A DNA stretch of 64,000 nucleotides, from the NCBI RefSeq assembly GCF_902713615.1, contig NC_052152.1, positions 51,621,810 through 51,685,809 on the forward strand. The letters run 5' to 3'. The stretch comes from Scyliorhinus canicula. Its lineage: Eukaryota. Positions within the stretch are counted from its first letter, which is position 1; each line of letters starts with the position of its first letter. The notes under the pieces were generated by a model. It was not told the origin of the DNA. It was given only the letters and a program-made list of their open reading frames with translations, and made no database searches. The position numbers and the translations under genes were made by a program. Below, piece by piece: positions 1 to 13,288 of this stretch.

Positions 1-708
1 TACTGCAAAGACTATGGGCACTGACAACATTCCAGAAATAGAACTCCAAAATTAGATGCGCCCTTAGCCAAGCTGCCAGTACAGCTCCAACAATGGCATT
101 GGAAACTTGCCCAGATATGTGCTGTATACAAAAAGCAGTACAAATCCAACCCAGCCAATGAACGCCCCATTTGTCTACTCTCAATCATCAGCAAAGTGAT
201 GAAAGGGGTCGTCGACAGTGCCATCAAGCTGCACTTGATCACTGATGTTCAGTTAGGGTTCTGGAAGGTCCATTCAGCTACTGAGCTCTTTACAGCTTTA
301 GTCCAATAATGAACAGAAGAGCTGAACTCCAGAGGTGAGGTGAGAGTGACCTCCAGGCAGCATTTGACCAAGTATGGCATCAAGGAGACCTAACAAAACT
401 GGGATTAATGAGAATCTGGGGAGGTAACTCCCCGCTGGTTGAGGGTCATGGAAGATAGTTGTGGCTGTTGGAGGTCAACCATCTCAGTCCAAGAACACTG
501 AGGCAGGTGTTCCTTAGGGTAATGTCCAAAATATCTTCAGCAACTGCATCAATGACCTTCCCTCCATCATAACTGGGGATGTTTGCTGCTGATTGCACAA
601 GGTATTGATGACTCCTCAGATACTGAAGCAGTCCATGTCCAAATACAGCAAGATCTAGTCAGTGTTCATGATTGCTCTGGTAAATTGGAAATAATATTCA
701 CAAATCAG

Positions 709-1403
709 GTGCGAACTTCTCTGACCCCCAGCAGGGTCGGAGAATCGCTTGGGGGCGCCTAAAATCCCGCCCCGGCCGTGGCAGAGATTCTCCGCCACCC
801 GGGAAGTGGCGGGGGCAGGAATCTCGCCCCGCCGATCGGAGAGGCCCCTGCGGTGATTCTCCGGCCTGGATGGGCCGAGGTCCGGCCACTGGGAGGCCTC
901 TCCCGCCGCCGAGGTTTGAACCACCTCTGGAACGGCGGGCTCAGCGGCGCGAGCAGGCCCCCGGGGTCCTGGGGGGGGCGGGGGCGATCAAACCCCGGGG
1001 GGTGCCCCCACGGTGGCCTGGTCCGCGATCAGGGCCCCCCGATCAGGGGCCGGGCCAGTGCCCTGGGTGCACTATGTTCCTCCGTGACCGCCACGGCCTC
1101 CACCATGGCGGAGGTGGAAGGGAACACCACATCGCGCATGCGCCGGCAGTGACGTCAGCGGCCAGCTGGCCGCTGACGTCACTGCCGGCGCATGCGCCGA
1201 CTGGCAAAAGCCTTTCGGCCAGCCCCGCAACGGGGGCGCTGGTTTTTTGCGCCAGTCTTCTGGTGCAAACCGCTCCGGCGCGGGGCTGGCCCCCAAAGGT
1301 GGGGAGAATTCCCCACCTTTGGGGAGGCGCGACCCCTGAGTGGTTGGCGCCACTCCCCTACTCCGGCACCCTCCGTCACGCCGGGTAGGGGAGAATGCCG
1401 CCC
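709..1403. mobile_element. GC-rich MITE, PIF/Harbinger-like
   Basis: Imperfect TIRs GTGCGAACTTCTC / GAGAATGCCGCCC, 3-bp TSD CAG, internal 64-bp palindrome. Confidence 0.7.
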
Positions 1404-2880
1404 CAGAAGTGCCAGTCAATCACTATTTCCTGTGACAGAGAATGCAACCATCGCCCCTTGACATTCAATGACATTACCATGATTACCATGATTACCATCT
1501 CTGAATCTCCCACTATTACCATCCTGTGAGTTACCATTGACCAGGAATTGAACTGGGCTAGCCATATAAATACTGTGGCTACAAGAACAGGTCAGAGGCT
1601 GGGAATCCTGCGGCGAGTAACTCACCTCTTGACTCACCAAAGCCTGTCCACCATCTCCAAATTACAAGTCAGAAGTGTGATGAAATACTCTCCACTTGGA
1701 TGAGTGCAGTTCTAACAACACTTGAGAAGCTCAACACCTTTCAAGACAAAGCACGTCGCTTGAATGCCACACTATCCACTACCTTAAACATGCAATCCTT
1801 CCAACACTGATGCACAGCAGCAGCAGTGTGCACCATTTACAAGACACACTGCAGCAATCACCAAGACTCCTTTGGCAGCACCTTCCAAATTTGCAACCTC
1901 CACCACCCAGAAGGAAAAGGACAGCAGATACATGGGAAAACCACCACCTGCAAGTTCCCCATTCTCCTCCAATTCACTCACCACCCTGACGTGGAAATAT
2001 AGCATTATTCCTTCACTGTTACTAGGTCAAATTCCAGGAACTCCTTTCCTAACAGCACTCTGGGTTTATCTACACCACATAGACTGCAGTAGTTCAATAA
2101 GACAGCTCACCATCACCTTCTCAAGGGTAATTAGGGATGTGCAAACAAACTCTGGCCTTTAGAAATACCAACATCCTGTGAAAGAACTTTTAAAACGTAA
2201 CAGTGAGATTGCTGCAAACGTTGCAATACTGTGAAATAACCCAGCTACGGTCAAAGAAATAGCATATACTATACTCCCAGTTGTGATGAATGTAGGAATT
2301 TCAGATATATTGTATGTACTTGGTGCAGCAAGGGTCAAAAGTGGGTTAGTGTGTGTATGACTGCTGCAGTAGTATTTTTTAAAAAGCTTGTTTTGCAAGA
2401 CAGGCTTTCTTTGGAGAGCCAGAGGTGAAATTAAAGCATCATAAAAGCTTGAGCTACCAGACTTTTGATTGGATTAAGAGGGTTTCCTGTGGAATATTTA
2501 ATCAAGAGACCTCTGTGTTCAGTTCGTAATGAATGGGAAGAACGAGAGTACTAGACATTTTAGCAGAGAGGCAGAGATTGTTGAGTTAGTTCTTGGAAGT
2601 CAAATCATGGAGACAGTTTCGACTTCTGCTAGACATCCTGCACGGTTCTGACAGAATTAAGCTTTATCTCTTAAAACAGTCTCAAAGAACATCTGTTGAA
2701 CAAATATGTCTGGGTCTGCTAACTGTATTTGAAAGTGGATTGAGATCTGAGATGGCTCTGTTTTTTGAGCAGAACTAAAAATAAAGTGCTAATTAGCATT
2801 AAGTTAATTGTAAGTAATTTTCTTTGGTGATGTTAAAGATATTTTTGTATTGTGTTAGTAATATAATAACATTTGTTTCT

Positions 2881-3090
2881 TTTTAAAAATACATTTAGAG
2901 TACCCAATTATTTTTTTTCCAAGGGGCAATTTAGCTTGGCCAATCCACCTCCCCATCTTTGGGTTGTGGAGGTGAGACCCATGCAGACACGGGGAGACCC
3001 ACGCAGACACGGGGAGAATGCGCAAACTCCACACAGGCAGTGACCCGGGGCCAGGATCGAACCCAGGTCCTTGGCGCCAAGAGGCAATAG
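2881..3090 (-). mobile_element. A-tailed V-SINE
   Basis: V-domain and a diverged TSD of about 15 bp, aataa(ca/tg)tttgtttc. Confidence 0.75.
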
Positions 3091-3449
3091 GTAATAATGT
3101 TTGTTTCAATATGCCATATTCTTATTTTGTATGAAATCACTCCTGAAGCGAGATATTTTTTCCTCACATTCTTACAAATTAAAAGAAAATATTGGGGTTT
3201 CTGCCCAGTATCCTAGCTACTACTGGGTTCTGGTCCAGGATCATAATAGAGAACCATAATCAACCCCAAAACAACACTGGTTCAGATTGAATCCCTGGAG
3301 CATTTTGTCAGCAAAGAGTATCAGAAATGTACATTTTACAGCGATCACTTGCATGCATTCTAACACATATATTTTGGTGGTCAGATACAAACAGGAAACT
3401 CATTTCAAGATTCAGGGGAAAGGTTGTTAACTATTCTATTTATAGGTGT

Positions 3450-3825
3450 TGGTGGTGTAGCGATAATGTCACTGGCCTAGTATACCAGAGGTCCAGGCTA
3501 AAGCTCTGGGGACATAGGTTCAAATCTCACCATGGAGGCTGGTGGAATTTAAATTCAATTCATAGATCTAGAATTGAAAGCTGTTCTCAGTAATGGCAAA
3601 CACAAAACCTGGTTGTCATGAAAACCGATCAGGTTCAGTTAAGTCCTTTAGGGAAGGCAATCTGCCACCCTTACCTGTTTTGTTCTACGTATGACTCCAG
3701 ATCCACAGCAATGTGGTTGACTGTTAACTGTCCTCTGAAATTGCCAAGCAAGCCACTCAGTTCAAGGGCAATAAGGGCAGGCAACAAATAATGGCCTTGC
3801 CAATGGCACCCACACCCCAGGAACT
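3450..3825 (+). mobile_element. Deu-domain SINE (second copy at about 24590-25170, split by a V-SINE)
   Basis: Central gtcctttagggaaggcaatctgcc..cttacctg..gactccagatccacagcaatgtggttgact segment is typical of the Deu domain. Recognised from memory of the consensus. Confidence 0.6.
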
Positions 3826-3918
3826 TTTTTTTTTAAAGCATGTATTCAAGCCGAAAGTCATAATGTGATATGCCAACAGAATCTCCACCCTTTCGACCTC
3901 CATCCTTTGTCAACTCAC

Positions 3919-4033
3919 CTGTACATGCTGGCCCTTTACACACACGCATCCCACATATGAGCCTGACACAAGGGGAGTGTATGTAAAACAATAAGTCCCA
4001 TCATGATTGTCCTGCAGTTTTGTCTTGAGGCTG
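3919..4033 (-). CDS. TRIM45: TRIM45 coding exon 4 (filamin repeat); gene continues beyond the window start
   Basis: ctttcatgcag|C ... CAG|gtgagt. 115 nt, reading (C)SLKTKLQDNHDGTYCFTYTPLVSGSYVGCVCVKGQHVQ, with the filamin DxxDGTY motif. Remaining exons were not found in 1-3900. Confidence 0.9.
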
Positions 4034-4526
4034 CTGCATGAAAGAGGATCAAAATATTCACCATAAATACTTTCATTCAGTTAAACAATGAGTTACTGTC
4101 AAGGTATGCACACCACACGTTCCTGAGCCTCTGTGACTGAAAATGTAATGGAAGCAACTGGTCTATTTGCCATATGTAACATGCAAGGCTCCTTAAACAT
4201 TCTGAAATGTCGTCCAATGTTTCTATCTGTGACCCCCAACATAAATGTTAGGGTGAAATAAATTAAACACACTAGTGTTTAACTAGTTTAACTCCCACAT
4301 AATACGAGTAACATGACAGGTGGCAAGTTCACCTACTTGGGAGAAAAGGGTGAACTTTGACCGATGATTTTTGAAGCTTGCCATTACTGGCTATTTTTTG
4401 TGCCCTCGGGTCTGGGTCTGTTTTTGACAGAAGCTAATTGCCATGATTGCTGTCACCTCCATCACTAGTGTATCATGTGACTACCAGTGTAATGGAACAC
4501 AAGTTGGTTAGATCCTGATCTTTTCT

Positions 4527-7500
4527 TTTTTTTTAAATAATTTTTATTAAAGTTTTCACAAAATATCAACAACAAAAATATAAAGTACAATATGCAGAAA
4601 ATGTAAAGGAAACTCAGTAACAAAAATAATAAATTAACACCCGCCCAAACACACAGCAAATATATACACCCAGACAAAACCTCCAATATATAGAAACAAA
4701 ACAGAAATTAACCCCCCCCCCCCCCCGGGTTGCTGCTGCCACTGATCATTGTCTACCATTCTGCCAGGAAGTCTAGGAACGGTTGCCACCGCTTGAAAAA
4801 TCCCTGTACCGACCCCCTCAAAGCAAATTTCACCCTTTCCAATTTGATAAACCCCGCCATGTCATTGATCCAGGCCTCAACGTTTGGGCCTCGCATCCCT
4901 CCACTGAAGAAGAATCCTCCGCCGGGATACTAGGGACGCAAAGGCCAGAATACCGGCCTCTTTCGCCTCCTGCACTCCCGGCTCCTCTGCAACCCCAAAT
5001 ATTGCGAACCTCCAGCTCGGTTTGCCCCTGGACCCTACCGTCCTCGACACAGTCCTCGCTACGCCCTTCCAAAATTCCTCCACTGCTGGGCATGCCCAGA
5101 ACATATGGGTGTAGTTTGCTGGGCTCCCTGAGCACCTAACACACCTGTCCTCACCCCCAAAAAACCGGCTCATCCTTGTCCCGGTCAACACTTTGAACTG
5201 TAGGAGGCTGAGCCTCGCACACGAACAGGAAGAGTAAACTCTCCCTAGGGCATCTGCCCAAGTCCCCTGCTCGATCACCTCCCCTAGCTCCTCCTTCCAC
5301 TTACCTTTCAGCTCCTTCACCGAGGCCTCCTCCTCCTCCTGCATCACCTGGTATATTGCCGAAATCTTCCCCTCTCCAACCCACACCCCCGAGAGCACCC
5401 TATCCTGTACCATGCGTGGTGGCAGCAGCAGAAATCCCACCACTTGCCGCCTAACAAACGCCCTTACCTGCAGGTACCTAAAGGCATTTCCCGGGGGGGG
5501 AGCCCGTACCTCTCCTCCAGCTCACCCAGGCTCACAAACATCCCATCCACAAATAGGTCCCCCAACCTCCTCATCCCTGCCCTGTGCCACCTCGCACACC
5601 CTCCGTCTATCCCCCCGGGACAAAACGATGGTTTCCCCATATCGGGGTCCACACCGAGGCCCCCAACTCCCTCCTGTGCCGCCTCCACTGCCCCCAGATT
5701 TTGAGGGTAGCCGCCACCACCGGGCTCATGGCAAAGCCCCACCCTCCCCTGTCTCATTGAAGGTCTAAACCAACAACGGGCCCAGCAAATCCACATACTT
5801 TTTGTAAAATTCGGCCGGGAAACCATCCGACCCCGGTGCCTTCCCCCCCCCCCCCCCCCGCATGCTCCCTATCCTTTTGGCCAGCTCCTCCAGCCCAATC
5901 GGAGCCCCCAAACCCACCACCAGTCCCTCCTCCATCTTCGGGAATATCAGTTGGTCCAGAAAGCGGCCCATTCCTCCCTCCTCCAGTGGGGGCTTGGACC
6001 GATACAGTTCCTCATAGAAGTTCCTGAAGACCCCATTGATGTCAACCCCACTTGGCGCCACACTCCCCCTCCTGTCCTTAACTCCCCCGATCTCCCTAGG
6101 TGCAACCCGCTTCCGAAGCTGATGCGCCAGCATCCGGCTTGCCTTTTCCCTGTATTCATAAATCGCCCCCGGGCCTTCCTCCACTGCGCCTCTGCCTTCC
6201 TGGTGGTCAACAGGTCGAATTCGGCCTGGAGGCTGCGCCTCTCCCTCAACAGTCCCTCCTCCGGCACCTCCGCGTACCTCCTGTCCACCCTCACCATCTC
6301 CCCACCAGCCTCTCCCTCTGCTCTGTCCTCTCCTTATGGGCCCTAATGGAGGTTAGCTCTCCCCTGACCACCACCTTCAGCGCCTCCCAGACCGTCCCCA
6401 TTCGAACCTCCCCATTGTCGTTAGCCTCCAGGTATCTCTCTATGCTGCTGCGAGCCCGCTCGCTCACCTCTTGATCTGCCAACAGTCCCACATCCAAGTG
6501 CCACAGCGGGCGCTGGTCTCTCTCCTCCCCAGCTCCAAGTCTACCCAATGCGGGGCATGATCTGAAATGGCTATCGCCGAGTACTCGGTATCTCCTACCC
6601 TCGTGATCAGCGCCCGACTCATAACGAAGAAATCGATCCGGGAAAGGCCTTATGAACATGTGAGAAGAATGAGAATTCCCTAGCCCTCGGCCTTGCAAAT
6701 CTCCAAGGATCCACCCTTCCCATCTGGTCCATAAGCCCCCTCAGTACTCTAGACGTCGCCGGTCTCCTGCCCGTCCTGGATCTGGAACGATCCAGTGTCA
6801 GATCCAACATCTTGTTGAAGTCTCCCCCCATTATTAGGCCCCCCACTTCCAGGTCCGGGATTCGGCCTCGCGTGCGCCGCATAAAGCTAGCATCGTCCCA
6901 GTTCGGGGCGTAAACATTAACCAGCACCACCCTCTTCTCCCCTTGCAACTTACCACTTACTATTACGTACCTGCCGCCATTATCTGCCACAATGCTCGGC
7001 GACTCGAATGAAACCCTCTTTCCCACCAGAATCGCACCCCCCCAATTTTTGCATCTAGCCCTGAATGAAACACCTGGCCTACCCACCTCTTCCTCAATCT
7101 TACTTGGTCCGCCACCTTCAGGTGCGTCTCCTGGAGCATGACCACATCCGCCTTCAGCCCCTTCAGGTGCGCAAACACCCGGGTCCACTTAATCGGCCCG
7201 TTCAGTCCCCTTATGTTCCAGGTTATCAGCCGGACCAGGGGGCTGCCCACCCCCCTCCCCCGCCGACTAGCCATAACCCCTCCGCGGCCAGCCACGCGCC
7301 CACACCCCACACTTGGCCCGTTCCCCACGGGGGCAGACCCCAGTCCCAACCCCCTCTACTCGCTCCACCTCCCCCTTGACCATACCAGCAGCAACACGGT
7401 CCCCCCCCCCCCCCCCCCCCCCCCCCCACCCCCCAGCTAGGACCTCTCCTAGCTGCGTTGCTCCCCCCATTGCACTCCCACAAGTCAGCCGACTCCTGCT

Positions 7501-8994
7501 GACCCCGGCTGCTCCCGGCCCTCCTTCGACTCCTCCCCTTGTGAGACGTGTCCTCCCCCTCCGTTGCCCACCCACAGGGTCCCCGCCTCCCCCTTCATCG
7601 AAGGACGGGAAAAAGCGCGCGCTTCCCCGCTCTGGTCCCACCCCTTCCAGCCTTCACCCCGGGAAAAGAGCGCGCGCTTTCCACCTGCCCGGCCCCGCCT
7701 CCTCTGGCACAGATCCTATTCACAGGCCCAGTCCTCTCACCCCCACCCCGGGCCTTCCCCTCCCCCGCGGGGGCCCCGTCCCCCCTACCGACCCTCCACC
7801 CCCCACTCCATTTATTTGCCTCCCTTCACTAACCCACCCGACGGACATAACCAAATCAGTGCCCCACTCCCCCCACCATCCACCCTAAATCGCGAAAAAA
7901 CAAGAAAAAACAAGAACAGAGAGCAAACAAAAAGAACCCCCACTCGAAGTGTAACACAACCTCAGAACCCCGACCATCCCAATGCACGGCCCCTACCCCG
8001 ACCCTCAGTTTGTGTTCAACTTCTCGGCCTGAACAAAGGCCCACGTCTCCTCCGGGGACTCAAAATAATGATGCCGGTCCTTGTAGGTGACACACACACA
8101 CGCCGGCTGCAGCATGCCAAACTTCACCCCCTTCCTGTGCAGCACTGCCTTCGCCCGCTTGTACCTGGCCCGCTTCTTCACCACCTCCGCACTCCAGTCC
8201 TGATAAATTCGAACCTCCGCGTTCTCCCACCTGCTGCTCCGCTCTCTCTTGGCCCACCTGAGGACACACTCCCGATCAGCGAATTGGTGAAACCGCACCA
8301 GCACCGCCCGCGGCGGCTCATTAGCCTTGGGCCTCCTCGCCAGCGCTTTATGGGCCCCTTCCAGCTCCAGAGGCCCCTGAAAGGCCCCCGCTCCCATCAG
8401 CGAGTTTAACATAGTGAGCACATAGACACCCCCACGTCTGACCCCTCCAGACCCTCCGGGAGGCCCAGGTTCCGCAGATTCTTCCACCTCGACCGATTCT
8501 CCATCTCCTCGAACCGCTCCTGCCATTTCTTGTGGACCGCCTCGGCGCCTCCACCTTTACCGCTAGGCCCAAGATCTCGTCTTCGTGCTCCGAGACCTTC
8601 TGTCGGACCTCGCGGATCGCCACCCCCTGGGCCGCCTGTGTCTCCAGCAACTTATCAATGGAAGCCTTCATCGGCAGGCCCGCTTTAAGCTCCCTGAAGC
8701 AACGATGGAGAGCCTCCTGTTGCTCCTCCGCCCACTGCATCCACGCTGCCTGGTCTCCGCTCGCCGCCATCTTGCTTTTCTTCCCTCGCACTTTCTTTGG
8801 CTTCACCACGACTTTTTTAGTCGCCCTGCTCCTGGTCCAAGCCATACACTGTCGGGGGAATGCTGTAAACTCCTTCCCACACCGGGAAATGTCGAAAAAT
8901 TGCCCTTGGGGGCCCTGAAAAGAGCCCAAAAGTCTGTTCTAAGTGGGAGCTGCCGAACGTGCGACTTAGCTCTGTATAGCCACAACCGGAAGTC
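4527..8994 (-). mobile_element. L1-clade LINE with both ends and TSD, internally deleted (RT core missing)
   Basis: L1 ORF1p-like coding at about 8005-8770, AP endonuclease (TWNIRGLN..QETHL) at about 6400-7240, and an ORF2 C-terminal region at about 4850-5730. A-rich tail. 17-bp TSD agatc(c/t)tgatcttttct at 4510-4526 and 8995-9011. Confidence 0.9.
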
Positions 8995-9679
8995 AGATCT
9001 TGATCTTTTCTGATGTAGCAATGTTTTAGTCTGCTTTGAAATGAAATGAAAATCACTTATTGTCACAAGTAGGCTTCAAATGAAGTTACTGTGAAAAGCC
9101 CCTAGTCGCCACATTCCTGCACCTGTTCGGGGAGGCCAGTACAGGAATTGAACCCGCGCTGCTGGCCTTTAGCTTTTTGAATAGTCACAACTTTGACTGT
9201 TTATGCCATCTGACTGTTTTCAAAGGATTCAGGAGCAGACGCTTCATGAGGGATTATCCGTGGCCTGCATCTATAATAGCCAAACTAAATTGTGTAAAGG
9301 TGTGTGGTTTTTAATTGTTACTTGAAGATCTTAAAAGACAGATGCAGAAACTGTAAAGTTCCTCTCTAAATAGTTAGACTGATCACCTATGCCATATATA
9401 AATGGTGTCTCATGTTTGCTCAAAGTGTGATCATGAAGCAGTATCAGGACGAAGCTGACTAATTGTTGATCCTGGCACATTCAACAACAGATAGCAAACA
9501 CATCCATAAGAAATCACAAATATTTTAATGATATAATGATGAGCCAAATGGTAGCCTTCTATACTTAACTGTCTAGAGTTTCAGAAGATCAGATGGAACA
9601 CAAACATATTCAAAGCAGCAAAAATTCCCCTGCTTCAGAAAAATATTTGATACCATTTACTTTTTTTTAAAATTAATTT

Positions 9680-10660
9680 TTACAGGATGTGGGATTCACT
9701 GGCTAGGCTAACATTTATTGCCCATCCCTAATTGCCTTTGAGAAGGTGGTGGTGAGCAGCCTTCTTGAACCGCTACAGTCCATGTGATGTAGGTACACCC
9801 ACTGTGCTGGAAGGGAGAAAGTTTCAGTATTTTGACCCAGCAACAGTTAAGGAATGGCGATGTATTTCCAAGTCAGGATAATAAATGACTTGGAGGGGAA
9901 TTTCCAGGTGCTGGTGTTCCCAGGTATCTGCTGTGCTTGGTCTTCTGGATGGTAGTGGTCGTGGGTTTGAAAGGTGCTGCCTAAGGAGCATTGGTGAGTT
10001 CCTGCAGTGCATCTTGTAGATGGTACACACGGCTGCCACTGTGCAACGGTGGTGTAGGGAATGAGTGTTTCTGGAAAGGCTGCCAATCAAGCGGGCTGCT
10101 TTATCCTTGATGTTGTTGAGCTAATTGAGTGTTGTTTGAGCTGCACTCATCTAGTCAAGTGCAGAGCATTCTTTCACACTCCTGACATGTGCCTTGTAGA
10201 TGGTGGACAGGCTTTGGGAAGTCAGGAGGTGAGTTACTCTCTGCAAGATCCCTCTCCTCTGACCTGCTCTTGTAGCCACGGTATTTATATGGATAGACCA
10301 ATTCAGTTTCTGGACAATGGTAACTCCAGGATATTGATAGTGAGGTATTCAGTGTAGGTAATGCCATTGAATGTCATGGGGCAATGGTTTGATTCTCTCT
10401 TACTGGAGATGGTCATTGCCTGGCACTTGTGTGGCACGACTGTTACTTGCCACCTGCCCGCTCAAGCCTGGATATTGTTCAGGTCTTGCTGCATTTGAAA
10501 TGGACAGCTTCAGTGTCTGGGGAGTCACGAATTGTGTTAAATATTGCACAATCATGCGCGAACATCCCCACATCTGTTGGAAGGTCATTGATGAAGCAGC
10601 TAAAGATGGCTGGGCCTAGGACACCACCCTGAGGAACTCCTGCAGTGATGTCCCAGAATT
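9680..10660 (-). mobile_element. Decayed CR1/L2-type LINE 3' part. The same family recurs at about 1-650, 1410-2170, 25200-25460, 58680-59880 and 62750-63420.
   Basis: GVPQGGVLGP..FAHDC RT remnants and a recurring 3' tail (..caagggcaattagggatgggcaataaatg..). Confidence 0.7.
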
Positions 10661-11249
10661 GTTTGGGTGCACTGAGGCAAACATGGGGAGAATGTGCAAA
10701 CTCCATACAGACAGTGACCCCGGGCCAGGATGACACCTGGGACCTCAGTGCCGTGAGGCAGCAGTGCTAACTACTGTGTCACCGTGCCTCCTCCATAGAG
10801 TTTTAAACTTAATTTATGGAGCATATACTTTGAATAGAAAATCGGATGCTGAATAATTGAATCAAATTTACTTAATCAGATACAAGGGGCAGAATTTAAT
10901 ATAGATGACAGGGGTCTCTCTCGCACATCATCCAAAGAGGTAAGAGCCCCTCATGTTTCATTCTGGGAAGACCCACAAATCAGGCACTAAACTGGGGAGT
11001 GGGGGTGCTTGGCTTTTCCTGGATTCAAGAACCCCCGGGTCACTGGTCCCATTCCCCCGCCTCCTCAAGAGCTGTTGGCCAATCAAAGGCTGGAACCACT
11101 TTATTGCTCAGCAGAGCCACCAGGGAGATATTCATTTGCACTGAAGGGGTTGATTAGCTGACCAATAATCCAAGCTCAACTTAAGCCTTAAGCAAAGCAT
11201 TTTGGCAGACATTAGTTTATGACCCAGTTAATTTGCCCAAAATACTCAC

Positions 11250-11379
11250 CATTCTTTATTCTTCTTGTTGAAGATGCTAACCCGAATGGATTCACCGCCT
11301 CTCCCCATCTGCTTCCCAGATTGGTCATTACAGATTAGTACAAATTCACTTGATTGGTCTTGTCGAGCCACATGGAGGC
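11250..11379 (-). CDS. TRIM45: TRIM45 coding exon 3 (filamin/ABP280 repeat)
   Basis: acattcag|GC ... TG|gtgagt. 130 nt, reading GLHVARQDQSSEFVLICNDQSGKQMGRGGESIRVSIFNKKNKE. Not in the ORF track; found by manual translation. Confidence 0.9.
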
Positions 11380-13288
11380 CTGAATGTGAGCAGATTGGAA
11401 CAATGTTATGCGGAACTCACTAATCTTTTGTCTCCCCAAGAATAGCTCTCACAGGAAATAACACTTATAAACCACCTATATCTAATGCCCCCCCCCCCCC
11501 CACATAACCTCGATATGTATATTACGTAGAAGTCATGAATTCACGAATGTAACTCAGAGCACAGAGTAAAGCTCTGACTGGCGCTGTCTGCTGCTGGCTT
11601 TGTTTGTCACTTCTGTTGACTGACAATTGTTCTTCTTTTGCTGATCCCACCCTGTCCTCCCGGATCCCTCTTCCACTCCTCCATGTTCCAGACCCATCCC
11701 AAGTCTCCCACAAACCTTCCCCCCACTCACCTGTCTTACCCTTGCCAGTCCCTTGCCTCCACACAAGCTGCCATTCTCCTACTTTCCTAGCCTCCACACA
11801 AGCTGCCATTCTCCTACTTTCCTCTATGTGCTACAGTGCTCAACAAATAAAACAACAGACCTCAGCCACAAATGCAAAAAGACTGGTGCCACCTTTAAAC
11901 AAACATAAAATAGTTGCCACAACGTCTGTGTGCTTCTGACTTGATTATGAAGACAGGGTTTAATTGCAAAAAGTTTTAATATGAGTATTCATGGAATGCA
12001 AATGCAGGGTGGAACACACCATGAGACAGTGTGAAACGCAACCCAGTGCCAGGCCACTGCCTTCATCTCTGCATCTGTGTAATTATGTAATTTCAAGAAG
12101 GAATTAAGGTATAGCTCTTGGAGCTAAAGGGATCAAGGGATATGGGGGACTAGGGTATTCATTGGCCATGATCATAATGAATGGCGGACCAATCTCGGAA
12201 GGGCCGGATTGCCTCCTCCTGATTCTACTTTCCATGTTTCAAGCCAACATAAGGAAATCAACATTTTGGGTCCTCCTAATTAAGTCGCCTTGCCCGCCTC
12301 CTTTCCGGCTCTCACAGACCCTATAAAATATCGCCTGCTTTCCCAATCCTCCCACAGCCAGCTCACATTCTCAAACAGCATCATTTATTTTATTCCCTTC
12401 CCCAATGTACCAACATCCCACTCAAAGGGCAGCACTAATAGTTCTCAGAATTCTACCATTGGCTGGCTGCAATTGTACAAATGGAATTATGCAGGACAAG
12501 GGATCTTCACAGATCTTGTGGACAAGTACCCTACTTCCACTCAGTTCTGGTAATCACCAGTAAACCCAAAATCAAAATGACAGCTTACAAAATGTAAGAT
12601 CTCAATCCAGCAATTAAAAGGCTTTCAAGTCCCTCAGGTCTAACACTTGTTAAACAATTTTCAGACATGAATAGAATTTACAATGTGGAAACAATAATAA
12701 TTATGTGAAGCAACTATGGTAACCAGACATCTCACATCACTATCTTACATTACTATCTCCAACAGGAACATGCTCAATTTTGCCTTTGTGCCTCACTTGC
12801 AACCACTGGTGAGATTCACACAAGCAAAGTTTACAGCTAAAAAAAACTCAGCACTTCTCGTTCTTTAGAGCTGTGGCATACAAAGTATGTATTCCGCCCA
12901 TACACGTTCCTGATGTGAATCTCCTGTCAACGTTGAATCCCTTAGTGCCTCTAAATCTATCAATCTCAGACTTAATATATTCAATGACTGATGAACATCC
13001 ACAGCCTTCTGAGGCACAGAATTCCAAAAATTCACAATGCACTTTAGTGAAAGAAATTTGCCTCGGCCGGAATTAGATGTGGGTGTACATATACACGGTG
13101 GGCTGCAGTGGTTCAAGATGGCGGCAGCTTACCACTACTTTCTCAAGGGCAATAAGGATGGGAAATGAATGCTGGCCTAGCCAGCGACTGCATCCTTCTT
13201 GTGACCTCCTCACAACTTACCTTTCCCTTAATTAATTTTGTATCATCAGCAAACATTGCACTTCCTTCTCATGCAATTCAGTGATATG

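Noticed and set aside
655-1461. Overlapping 100-180 aa ORFs in GC-rich segments (also at 13.2-14.1, 44.2-44.9 and 53.4-54.1 kb)
   Set aside because: They lie within MITEs, where stop-codon depletion from high GC content explains them.
2282-3250. Possible solo LTR around the V-SINE
   Set aside because: LTR-like start and end, but no TSD found.
5843-5860. Long C/G homopolymers as functional G-quadruplex elements or true frameshifts
   Set aside because: They are mostly within repeats, and homopolymer length is prone to sequencing error.
7226-8409. Long Pro/Gly-rich ORFs (e.g. 281 aa at 7564-8409; 299 aa at 14748-15647)
   Set aside because: These are antisense or off-frame readings of the C/G-rich L1 spacer and ORF1, with low complexity and no domain signature.
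11756-11822. Short local tandem duplications (about 35 bp x2 here; 20 bp x2 at about 57700; about 39 bp x2 at about 60820)
   Set aside because: Two-unit slippage duplications without spacers, not CRISPR-like and with no sign of function.
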